From positions 660,001 through 692,000 of the forward strand of contig NZ_LN831039.1 of the NCBI RefSeq assembly GCF_001457595.1: a DNA stretch of 32,000 nt. Reading direction: 5' to 3'. The notes beneath the pieces were generated by a model. That model worked only from the letters and a program-made list of their open reading frames with translations. It was not told the DNA's origin and did not search any database. Position 1 is the first letter of the stretch, and every line of letters starts with the position of its first letter. The translations under genes and the position numbers were made by a program. Below are positions 8,479 through 16,106 of the stretch, one piece after another. Source of the DNA: Mycolicibacterium smegmatis (GTDB lineage Bacteria > Actinomycetota > Actinomycetes > Mycobacteriales > Mycobacteriaceae).

Positions 8479-9369
8479 ATGACTGTTCGCACCCAAGCAC
8501 TGGGACGGCTTCTCGAAGTTCGATTGCATCCCGAAACCAGCGGCAGTGCAAGCGATGTCCGCATCAGGATCTTGTGCGATCGACTGCCGTCACTGTCGCT
8601 GCTTCTACCGCCGTTTGCCGACTTTGGACTCGAAGTAGTCGACGAGCGGACCGGTTCGCCGGCGGAGGGCAGCGTTGCTTCGCACGAGATCGACCTAGGT
8701 CTGCGTGCCCACGCCAAAATGAGTTGGAGTGAATCACCGCCCGCGCGTCCGGATCTTCGGGAACGCTTCTTAGACGCAGTGAAAGCGGTCTGGGCCGGAG
8801 ATTGTGAATCAGATCCACTGAACAGCTTGGTGCTTACCGCAGGACTGACCTGGGTTCAGGTGAGCTGGTTGCGGGCAGTCGCTGCGTATCTGCGTCAGAC
8901 CCAGGCTGCGTTCTCGCTGCCGTACATATGCGAGGTTCTTGCAGGCCAACCAGCAATTGGTGCCCTCGCGGCACAACTCTTCGAGGAACGTTTGGATCCC
9001 GACCGCGACGACGGGCAACGCGCTGCAGCTCAAGCCGAGGTGGCCGAACAGTTCACCTCCGCGCTCGACTCTGTTGCCAACCTCGATGAAGACCGCATCC
9101 TCCGGTCCGTTCTGGGCATCGTCCAGGCGATCGAGCGCACCAACGCATTCCAACGCAGTGATGATGGGCAAACGCCACCGACCCTCAGTCTCAAGATCAG
9201 TCCGCGACGAGTGCCGGTGATAGCACGGCCCGTGCCTGCGGCCGAGATATGGGTGTACAGCCCAAGAGTCGAGGGTGTTCACATGCGCTTCGGAAAGGTC
9301 GCCCGAGGTGGCATCCGCTGGAGCGACCGGCGAGAAGACATCAGGATGGAAGTTCTCGCGTTGACTAAG
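8479..9369 (+). pseudogene. gdh: internal fragment of a large (about 1600-aa class) NAD-specific glutamate dehydrogenase
   Basis: The open frame ends with VEGVHMRFGKVARGGIRWSDRREDIRMEVLALTK. This matches the conserved VEGVHLRFGxVARGGLRWSDR...EVLGLVKAQ core of large NAD-GDHs. The frame then runs into the IS1380-A terminus at 9370. The roughly 450 N-terminal and 850 C-terminal residues are absent. Confidence 0.8.
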
Positions 9370-11026
9370 CCTCGATCCACCGATGAATTGGCTGGTCGCA
9401 GGGTGTCGTGACGAGGAAAGTGCCTTCTGAGCTGTGATGATGAGTGTTCTCTAGGCACTTATCGGCACAACTTCGAAAGGCACTTCCGGTGAAAGTGTCC
9501 CATAGGTTCGCTGCGTCGTCGGCGGTCTTCGATGATGCCCATCTCGTGTCGTGCGCCGGTCTGGTGCCGGTAATGACGCTGGCCACCCAGACCGGGCTGT
9601 CACAGTTGCTGGCCGACAAGGTTCGTATCAGCGAACCACGGATCAAGTCCGGGTCGGCCAACCCGTCGCCGAAGCTGCTCACCGTGGTCGCCGGAATGTG
9701 CGCCGGCGCCGACAGCATTGATGACCTCGACCTCGTGCGTGGCGGCGGGATGAAGACGCTCTTCGATGGGGTCTATGCACCATCGACGATCGGAACACTG
9801 TTGCGGGAGTTCACCTTCGGACACGCACGCCAACTGGAATCAGTCCTGCGTGAGCATCTGGCCGGGCTGTGTGAGCGCGTCGATGTGCTGCCCGGCGCTG
9901 ATGGGCGGGCGTACCTCGACATCGACTCGCTGCTGCGCCCGGTCTATGGCCACGCCAAACAAGGTGCCAGCTACGGGCACACCAAGATCGCCGGCAAGCA
10001 GATCCTGCGCAAAGGACTGGCGCCGTTGATCACCACGATCAGCACCGAGTGCGCCGCCCCGGTGATCACCGGGGCCAGGTTGCGGGCGGGCAAGTCCAAC
10101 TCCGGCAAGGGTGCGGCCCGGATGATCGCCCAAGCCGTGGCCACCGCCCGCGCTGCCGGGGTCACCGGCCAGATTCTGGTGCGTGGTGACTCGGCCTACG
10201 GCAACAGCACCGTGGTGGCCGCCTGCCGCCGCGCCGGCGCCCAGTTCTCGCTGGTGCTGACCAAGACCCGCGCCGTCGCCGCCGCCATCGACGCCATCGA
10301 GGAGACGGCGTGGATCCCGGTCAACTATCCCGGCGCGGTCTGTGACCCCGACACCGGCGCCTGGATCTCTGACGCCGAAGTCGCCGAAACCACCTACACC
10401 GCTTTCAGTTCCACCAAGACCCCGGTCACGGCACGGTTGATCGTGCGTCGGGTCAAAGATGCCCGATTCCCCGACGCGTTGTTTCCGGTGTGGCGGTACC
10501 ACCCGTTCTTCACCGATTCCGACGAACCCGTCGCCGAGGCTGACATCACCCACCGCCGCCACGCCATCATTGAAACCGTGTTCGCCGACCTCATCGACGG
10601 ACCTCTGGCGCATATGCCCTCAGGGCGCTTCGGCGCGAACTCGGCCTGGATCCTGTGCGCCGTGATCGCCCACAACCTGCTACGCGCGGTCGGCGTGCTC
10701 GCCGGAGGCACTCACGCGGTCGCCCGTGGTGCCACCCTGCGCCGCAAGATCGTCAACATCCCGGCCCGACTGGCCCGACCCCAACGTCGACCGATCCTGC
10801 ACCTACCCAGCCACTGGCCCCGGACCGACCACTGGCTCGCACTGTGGCGCAACACCATCGGCTACAGCCCACCCGCCACCGCGACCCACTGACCACCCGC
10901 CGCAAGGCCCGACCGAAACGCCATAGGAAAAGCTGGGCAGACCAGCGGCTACACGCCGCCCACGGCCCACAGCACGGCAAAAATCAGTCCCGAGACACCT
11001 CAACAGGGTCGATCCACGGATCGAGG
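9370..11026 (+). mobile_element. IS1380-family insertion sequence, copy A (1657 bp)
   Basis: Termini are CCTCGATCC...GGATCGAGG (CC/GG ends). Single DDE transposase ORF. The flanks are CTAAG (9365-9369) and CTTAG (11027-11031), which is not a direct duplication. Confidence 0.85.
9444..10892 (+). CDS. IS1380-family DDE transposase (copy A)
   Basis: Has FDDAHLVSCAGLVPVMTLA, GANPSPKLLTVVAGMCAGADSIDDLD and YAPSTIGTLLREFTFGHARQLE, typical of the IS1380 family. The likely real start is the GTG at 9489 (VKVSHRF...). Confidence 0.9.
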   Translation: MFSRHLSAQLRKALPVKVSHRFAASSAVFDDAHLVSCAGLVPVMTLATQTGLSQLLADKVRISEPRIKSGSANPSPKLLTVVAGMCAGADSIDDLDLVRGGGMKTLFDGVYAPSTIGTLLREFTFGHARQLESVLREHLAGLCERVDVLPGADGRAYLDIDSLLRPVYGHAKQGASYGHTKIAGKQILRKGLAPLITTISTECAAPVITGARLRAGKSNSGKGAARMIAQAVATARAAGVTGQILVRGDSAYGNSTVVAACRRAGAQFSLVLTKTRAVAAAIDAIEETAWIPVNYPGAVCDPDTGAWISDAEVAETTYTAFSSTKTPVTARLIVRRVKDARFPDALFPVWRYHPFFTDSDEPVAEADITHRRHAIIETVFADLIDGPLAHMPSGRFGANSAWILCAVIAHNLLRAVGVLAGGTHAVARGATLRRKIVNIPARLARPQRRPILHLPSHWPRTDHWLALWRNTIGYSPPATATH

Positions 11027-11050
11027 CTTAGCAACTTGGCAACTTGGCTT
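11027..11050 (+). repeat. octamer tandem array in the ISx left-end region (3 units)
   Basis: CTTAGCAA CTTGGCAA CTTGGCTT. The first CTTAG is the flank of IS1380-A. Confidence 0.8.
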
Positions 11051-11082
11051 GATCTCGGGGCGAGAACGGAATCACCTGAACC

Positions 11083-11511
11083 ATGACGACGACGATGGCT
11101 GCTGTGCGCGAGACTGGAGCGGTGGCACCTTCACCGCGATCTGATGGCCCGCGCCGGCGGCGCTCGATTTCTCCGGCGCAGAAGCTGGCCCACCTGGATG
11201 CCTATGAGCAGGCCTGTACGACCAACGATGGTGGGGCGTACCTGCGCGGTGAGGGGTTGTATTCCTCGCAGATCGCCGAGTGGCGCAAACAACGCGATGC
11301 TGGGGTGTTGGAAGGCAAGGCACCTGGGGAGAAGGTCGGTAAACTCACCCGCGAGCAGGCCGAGATCGCCCGCCTGAAAAAGGAACTCGCCCAGGCCAAT
11401 AATCGGCTGGCGACCACCGAGGCTGCCCTGGGGATCATGGGAAAAGCACACGCGCTCTTGGAGTCTCTCTCCGAGAGCGCGGACACCGACACGCCGCCGA
11501 CCAAGCGCTGA
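11083..11511 (+). CDS. ISx OrfA (HTH / leucine-zipper transposase accessory protein), copy 1
   Basis: 142 aa. Has a coiled-coil segment REQAEIARLKKELAQANNRLATTEAAL. The stop overlaps the orfB ATG (TGATG at 11509-11513). Confidence 0.85.
   Translation: MTTTMAAVRETGAVAPSPRSDGPRRRRSISPAQKLAHLDAYEQACTTNDGGAYLRGEGLYSSQIAEWRKQRDAGVLEGKAPGEKVGKLTREQAEIARLKKELAQANNRLATTEAALGIMGKAHALLESLSESADTDTPPTKR
11439..11445 (+). promoter_or_regulatory. candidate -1 ribosomal frameshift heptamer G_GGA_AAA in ISx orfA
   Basis: Fits the X_XXY_YYZ pattern in the orfA frame. The -1 frame is open from 11403 into orfB. The same heptamer occurs in ISy, where a frameshift is required. Confidence 0.35.
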
Positions 11512-11771
11512 TGGATGCCTACAACGATCTGCGGGATATCCAGATTCCGACCCGCAAGGCCGCGGAGGTGACCGGCATGCACCGCTCGACGGCCACTCGA
11601 CGCGCCAAACCCGCGCCGGCGCCTGCCGATCGGGCACCACGACCGGTCCCGGTCAACAAGCTCACCGAGTCCGAATGCGCCCGGGTGGTTGAGGTGCTCA
11701 ACAGTGCCCGGTTCGTCGATGCCGCGCCGATGCAGGTGTGGGCCACGTTGCTCGATGAAGGCAGCTACCTG
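11511..11771 (+). pseudogene. ISx OrfB (rve/DDE transposase), copy 1, 5' part, truncated by the ISy insertion
   Basis: Identical to copy 2 up to ...LLDEGSYL, then reads into ISy (stop at 11801). Confidence 0.85.
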
Positions 11772-11841
11772 GGGTCTGCTGCACGAATAGGTGACATCTG
11801 AGTTGGCTTGCCCAGCGTGGGCAGGCTGGAAGGATGTCCCC

Positions 11842-12150
11842 ATGGCAAGGCCCTACCCCCGTGAGTTCCGCGATGATGTCGTGCGCGTGGCTCGCAACCG
11901 CGATGACGGGGTGACGATCGAGCAGATCGCCACCGATTTCGGTGTCCATCCGATGACCTTGCACAAGTGGATGCGCCAGGCTGATATCGACGAAGGCGCC
12001 ACGCCTGGCAAGAGCACCGGCGAGTCTGCTGAGCTGCGTGAGGCCCGGCGGCGGATCAAGCTGCTCGAGCAGGAGAACGAGGTCCTGCGCCGGGCCACGG
12101 CCTATCTGTCACAGGCCAACCTCCCGGGAAAAGGCTCTACCCGCTCGTAA
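11842..12150 (+). CDS. ISy OrfA (IS3-family HTH protein)
   Basis: MARPYPREFRDDVVRVARNRDDGVTIEQIATDFGVHPMTLHKWMRQ..., followed by the leucine zipper RRRIKLLEQENEVLRRA. GGAAGGA lies upstream of the ATG. Confidence 0.85.
   Translation: MARPYPREFRDDVVRVARNRDDGVTIEQIATDFGVHPMTLHKWMRQADIDEGATPGKSTGESAELREARRRIKLLEQENEVLRRATAYLSQANLPGKGSTRS
12126..12132 (+). promoter_or_regulatory. -1 programmed frameshift heptamer G_GGA_AAA of ISy (orfA to orfB)
   Basis: In the orfA frame this reads ccG GGA AAA Ggc. The -1 frame continues as GKRLYPLVSELAADGIPVAVTCRVLKL, a typical IS3 OrfB N-terminus. orfB is in the -1 frame relative to orfA. Confidence 0.6.
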
Positions 12151-12716
12151 GTGAGCTCGCCGCCGACGGGATCCCCGTCGCGGTGACGTGCCGGGTCCTC
12201 AAGCTCGCCCGCCAGCCGTACTACCGTTGGCGCGCCAATCCGATTACTGATGCGGAGATCATCGAGGCATATCGCGCCAACGCCCTGTTCGACGCCCACC
12301 GCGACGATCCCGAGTTCGGCTACCGCTACCTGGTCGAGGAGGCCCGCGACGCTGGCGAGACGATGGCCGAGCGCACGGCTTGGCGGATCTGCTCACAGAA
12401 TCGGTTGTGGAGCGTGTTCGGCAAGAAGCGCGGCAAGAACGGCAAGGTCGGCCCGCCGGTGCACGATGATCTTGTCGAACGCGACTTCACCGCGCAGGAG
12501 CCAAATCAGTTGTGGCTCAGTGACATCACTGAGCACCGCACCGGAGAGGGCAAGCTCTACCTCTGTGCGATCAAGGACGTGTTCTCCAACCGGATCGTCG
12601 GCTACAGCATCGATGACCGGATGAAGTCACAACTGGCCATCCGGGCACTACACAGCGCGGTGGCCCGACGCCGAGATGTCGCAGGGTGCATTCTGCACTC
12701 GGATCGCGGATCTCAG
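12126..12716 (+). pseudogene. ISy OrfB (rve transposase) 5' part, cut by IS30 after ...HSDRGSQ
   Basis: The frame carries WLSDITEH and HSDRGSQ (the first and second D of the DDE motif), then reads into the IS30 terminus. Confidence 0.85.
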
Positions 12717-14171
12717 GGCGGATTCAATCGGTGGTCGCAACACCGGCTTGATGAAGTGAGTGTAGGTGTTCGGCGAAGGCTTCCGCGGGAGTGCGCCAGC
12801 CGAGGGTTTTCCGCGGCCTGGTGTTGAGGGTATGGGCGATCGCTGCCACGTCCTCGGCCGACCATCTTGAGAGGTCGGTCCCTTTTGGAAAGTATTGGCG
12901 TAACAGGCCATTGGTGTTCTCATTGGTACCGCGCTGCCACGGACTCTTCGGATCAGCGAAGAACACCTTGACTCCGGAGGCGACCGAGAACTGGGCGTGC
13001 GCCGACAGTTCCTTGCCCCGGTCCCAGGTCAACGACCGACGCAGTTGCGCGGGCAACGTGGTGATCGTCTGTTCCAGAGCGTTGGCCATCGTGATGGCGC
13101 CATAGCCGGCCAACGCCGGCCCGTTCTTGGTCCGCGGAATTATCCCGTAACCAACTTCACGTGGCAGATGGACCAGCATGGTGAACCGGCTGCTGCGCTC
13201 GACCAGCGTGCCGATTGCACTGCGCTGCAAGCCAATCAGGAGATCACCCTCCCAATGTCCGGGAACAGCGCGATCATCGACCTCGGGTGGGCGTTGGCTG
13301 ATCAACGTCTCAGGGGTGACATGGGCCCACGCCTTGGACCGCGTTCGTGCCCGCGGTACCCGCAGTGCCCGGCCTCGGCGCAGGCAGCTGACCAGATCCC
13401 GCTTCAGCGCACCGCGAGATTCGACGTACAGCGCTTGATAGATGGCCTCGTGGCTGATCCGCATAGTCACATCATCGGGGAAGTCCAGCGGGAGCCGTCG
13501 AGCGATCTGTTCTGGACTCCATGCCTGCACCCAGGCCCGATCACCCCGGTGCGGCTTGTTGCGTCCCTTCCACGGGGCGGCGGCGGGACCGACGATGACC
13601 TGGCCATCAGCGCCGCGAACGACGCCGGACAGTTTGTCCTGGACGTACTGACGCAGCCGGTCGTTGCTAACGAGCTTGGCGGTCTTGGGGCGGCGGGCGC
13701 GCCGCTCGGCGTGCCACTGCGCAGTGGAGGCCTTATAGTCGAGTCGATAGGTGCGGGTCGAGGCATTGCGGCGCAACTCCCGTGAGATGGTCGACGGTGC
13801 ACGCTTGAGCCGCCGGGCGATCTCACGCACCCCGGCGCCCTGGGCGCGCCACAACGCGATGTTCTCACGTTCATCCGAGGACAGGTAACGTCCCGAAACT
13901 GTTTCTGGCAAGCATGGATTCACTCCACCAGCGTGACGGAACCAGCGGAACCCAACCGGCGACGACACGCCCGCTTCGGCAGCGGCGTCCTCAGTCATAG
14001 CCCCCGCAGCGATCGCCGCCCAGAACCTCACCCGATCCTGACGCCACGCCACCGACGGCCGACCCGGAGACGGAATCTGTCCCCGATACAACCGAACCGC
14101 CCGCTGCCGATCCAACACACCCATTCCACACCTCCATAATCGAGGTGTTGCGACGATCAGTTGAATCCGCC
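12717..14171 (-). mobile_element. IS30-family insertion sequence (1455 bp) nested in ISy orfB
   Basis: IRs are GGCGGATTCAATCGGTGGTCGCAACACC (12717-) and the reverse complement of GGCGGATTCAACTGATCGTCGCAACACC (-14171). The 3-bp target duplication CAG is at 12714-12716 and 14172-14174. Confidence 0.9.
12724..14124 (-). CDS. IS30-family transposase
   Basis: 466 aa from the ATG at 14124, because the track ORF start at 14202 lies outside the element. Has N-terminal HTHs (GVSSPVGFRWFRHAGG; VREIARRLKRAPSTISRELRRN) and a DDE core (HWEGDL...). Confidence 0.9.
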   Translation of the reverse strand: MGVLDRQRAVRLYRGQIPSPGRPSVAWRQDRVRFWAAIAAGAMTEDAAAEAGVSSPVGFRWFRHAGGVNPCLPETVSGRYLSSDERENIALWRAQGAGVREIARRLKRAPSTISRELRRNASTRTYRLDYKASTAQWHAERRARRPKTAKLVSNDRLRQYVQDKLSGVVRGADGQVIVGPAAAPWKGRNKPHRGDRAWVQAWSPEQIARRLPLDFPDDVTMRISHEAIYQALYVESRGALKRDLVSCLRRGRALRVPRARTRSKAWAHVTPETLISQRPPEVDDRAVPGHWEGDLLIGLQRSAIGTLVERSSRFTMLVHLPREVGYGIIPRTKNGPALAGYGAITMANALEQTITTLPAQLRRSLTWDRGKELSAHAQFSVASGVKVFFADPKSPWQRGTNENTNGLLRQYFPKGTDLSRWSAEDVAAIAHTLNTRPRKTLGWRTPAEAFAEHLHSLHQAGVATTD

Positions 14172-14174
14172 CAG

Positions 14175-14462
14175 TTCCGGTCAAGGAAATTCGTGCACGC
14201 ATTGAGTCACCACGAGATGGTCGGCTCCATGGGCCGTGTCGGGGCCGCCGGCGACAACGCCGCCATGGAGAGCTTCTTTAGCCTGCTGCAGAAGAACGTG
14301 CTGGACCGCCGCCGCTGGGACACCCGTGAACAGCTGCGGATCGCGATCGTCACCTGGATCGAACGCACCTACCATCGGCGCCGCCGACAGTCCGGCCTCG
14401 GGCGGTTGACCCCGATTGAATTCGAAGCAATCATGACCACACCGGCCAGTCAGGCCGCGTGA
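14175..14462 (+). pseudogene. ISy OrfB 3' part
   Basis: FRSRKFVHAL...GDNAAMESFFSLLQKNVL... carries the E of the DDE motif. It is in the same frame as the 5' part once IS30 and its duplication (1458 nt) are removed. Confidence 0.85.
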
Positions 14463-14497
14463 CCGAAACTGTCACCTGATCGTGCAGCAGACCCCTG

Positions 14498-15250
14498 TGT
14501 TCGGTGTCGACGATGTACCGCGTCCTCAATGCCAACAAGCTGGTCAAGGAGCGCCGTCGGCTGGCCCGGCACCGCAAAGCGGTCTGCCCGGAACTGGTGG
14601 CCACCGCGCCGCGGCAGGTGTATTCGTGGGACATCACCAAACTGGCCGGCCCGGTCAAAGGGGTCTACTACGACGCCTACGTGATGATCGACATTTACTC
14701 GCGTTACATCGTCGGGGTCCATGTGCACGCCCGCGAATGCGGCCAGCTGGCCAAGGAGATGATGGAACAGATCTTCGGCACCTACGGCATCCCACACGTC
14801 GTGCACGCTGATCGGGGCACCTCGATGACCAGCAACACCGTCGCCGGACTGCTCTCGGATCTGGGCGTCATCCGCTCGCATTCGCGGCCCAAGGTATCCA
14901 ACGACAACCCCTACAGCGAGTCCTGGTTCAAGACCTTGAAGTATGCGCCGGCGTTCCCGGAACGCTTCGAATCCATCCATCACGCGAGGGATTTCATGGA
15001 CCGATTCGTGCAGTGGTACAACCATGAACACCGCCACAGCGGCATCGGGCTGCACACACCCGCCGATGTGTTCTACGGCCTCGCCGGCGGGAAAGACACC
15101 CAGCGCCGAGCCGTGCTCGCCGACGCCAGGGCGCGCCACCCACGCCGATTCGGCCGCGACACCGCACCCAAGGTCATCGACCTACCTGAATCCGCGGCGA
15201 TCAACCCACCCAAACCGGCCGAACAGGAGACCGAAACGGAAGCCGCTTAA
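14498..15250 (+). pseudogene. ISx OrfB, copy 1, 3' part
   Basis: Resumes at CSVSTMYRVLNANKL..., matching copy 2. One amino-acid difference was noted (NPYSESWF here, NPFSESWF in copy 2). Confidence 0.85.
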
Positions 15251-15363
15251 CACCCACTGGACTCAAACACCTTGACAAATTCCGCAGGCGGGCCTTCTCA
15301 GGCCGAGAATCTCACACGGCTGACGCGGGCGGGATGGAACACCCCGCACACCGCGGATCCACC

Positions 15364-15792
15364 TCAGATCGCGGTGGGTTCGACTCCGATCTGAGACATC
15401 GCCAACGTCGGGTTGTAGTGGTCACGAATCACTGTGACTTTGCCGTCGGCGACCTCACAGAACATCGCAAACGGTAGTTCGACTTTGCGACCCGTGGCGG
15501 CAACCTCACCCCACGGTGTCGGCATCGGGCCGGTATGAGTGCCCCGCAAGATGAAGTCTCCCGCTGCGTGTGTGGAATCCCCCACCACGGCCAGTATCTC
15601 GACTGCAAAATCTGAGAATGCGTTACGCCAGTTCTGGTCGCCCCGAACGAAGGCGTCTGCACCCGTGCTAATTTCGCTTCCTGACGCAATGTCCACAACG
15701 ACGACATCGTCGCTCACCATCTGGCGAAGTTTCGGCCAGTCACCGGCATTGAAGGCCTCGGCCAGTTGGCGTAGGACCGGTGCAGTGCTCAA
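15364..15792 (-). CDS. SnoaL-like / ester-cyclase (NTF2-fold) protein
   Basis: 142 aa from the TTG at 15792, which is preceded by AAGGAGA with a 5-nt spacer. The pattern ...AFNAGDW...NWRNAFSDF...GTHTGPMPTPWGEVAATGRKVELPF...DGKV...DHYN is typical of ester cyclases. Confidence 0.7.
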   Translation of the reverse strand: MSTAPVLRQLAEAFNAGDWPKLRQMVSDDVVVVDIASGSEISTGADAFVRGDQNWRNAFSDFAVEILAVVGDSTHAAGDFILRGTHTGPMPTPWGEVAATGRKVELPFAMFCEVADGKVTVIRDHYNPTLAMSQIGVEPTAI

Positions 15793-16106
15793 TTTGTTCT
15801 CCTTGAATGCCGGAGCCGAACTGCCAGAGGGCCAGTGACCCCTGACACATGACTGCGCTGTGGAAGTTGTTGTGCGGACTAGGAACAAACGTAGGACCGT
15901 CGTCTTCTGGGTCTTAGCAACCGACTGTCACAAGCTTGGGGCAAACAGCCGACACTCCGTCACTATCGGTCCCCCGCAGAATGAGATCACGGAAACTTTG
16001 GGCTCCGATTGGGGCGCCGAGCGGGCGACAAGGCGTCAAGTTCATAAGGCCATGCCATGGCACTTCGTCTAGTGTCACTGCGCTCGATGGACTGGAAACT
16101 TCCTAC

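Larger units (their letters stand above)
11772..14494 (+). mobile_element. ISy: second IS3-family element inserted in ISx-1 orfB, itself carrying an IS30-family insertion
   Basis: IRs are GGGTCTGCTGCACGA (11772-) and TCGTGCAGCAGACCC (-14494). The target duplication CTG (or CCTG) is at 11769-11771 and 14495-14497. The uninterrupted sequence ...CTACCTGTGTTCGG... is seen in ISx copy 2. Confidence 0.85.
11032..15284 (+). mobile_element. ISx copy 1: IS3-family two-ORF element, body only, interrupted by ISy and lacking its outer 34-bp left tip
   Basis: Collinear and near-identical to the intact copy at 18899-20433, apart from the 2723-bp insertion at 11772-14494. The right-end IR ...CCACTGGACTCAAACACCTTGACA ends at 15277. 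A further 7 nt, AATTCCG, is shared with copy 2. Confidence 0.8.

Noticed and set aside
11027-11050. Octamer and 14-mer tandem repeats as a possible CRISPR or other array
   Set aside because: The units abut directly with no spacers, number only 3-4 copies, and one array lies inside an IS terminal region. They are not CRISPR-like.
15936-16106. N-terminal extensions of track ORFs (P450 15936-16106; hydrolase 6007-6435; aminotransferase 25972-26199; IS30 transposase 14125-14202; VOC 6653-6724)
   Set aside because: The extensions overlap neighbouring genes or element boundaries, or lack family similarity. Internal starts with better RBS or overlap logic give proteins of typical length.
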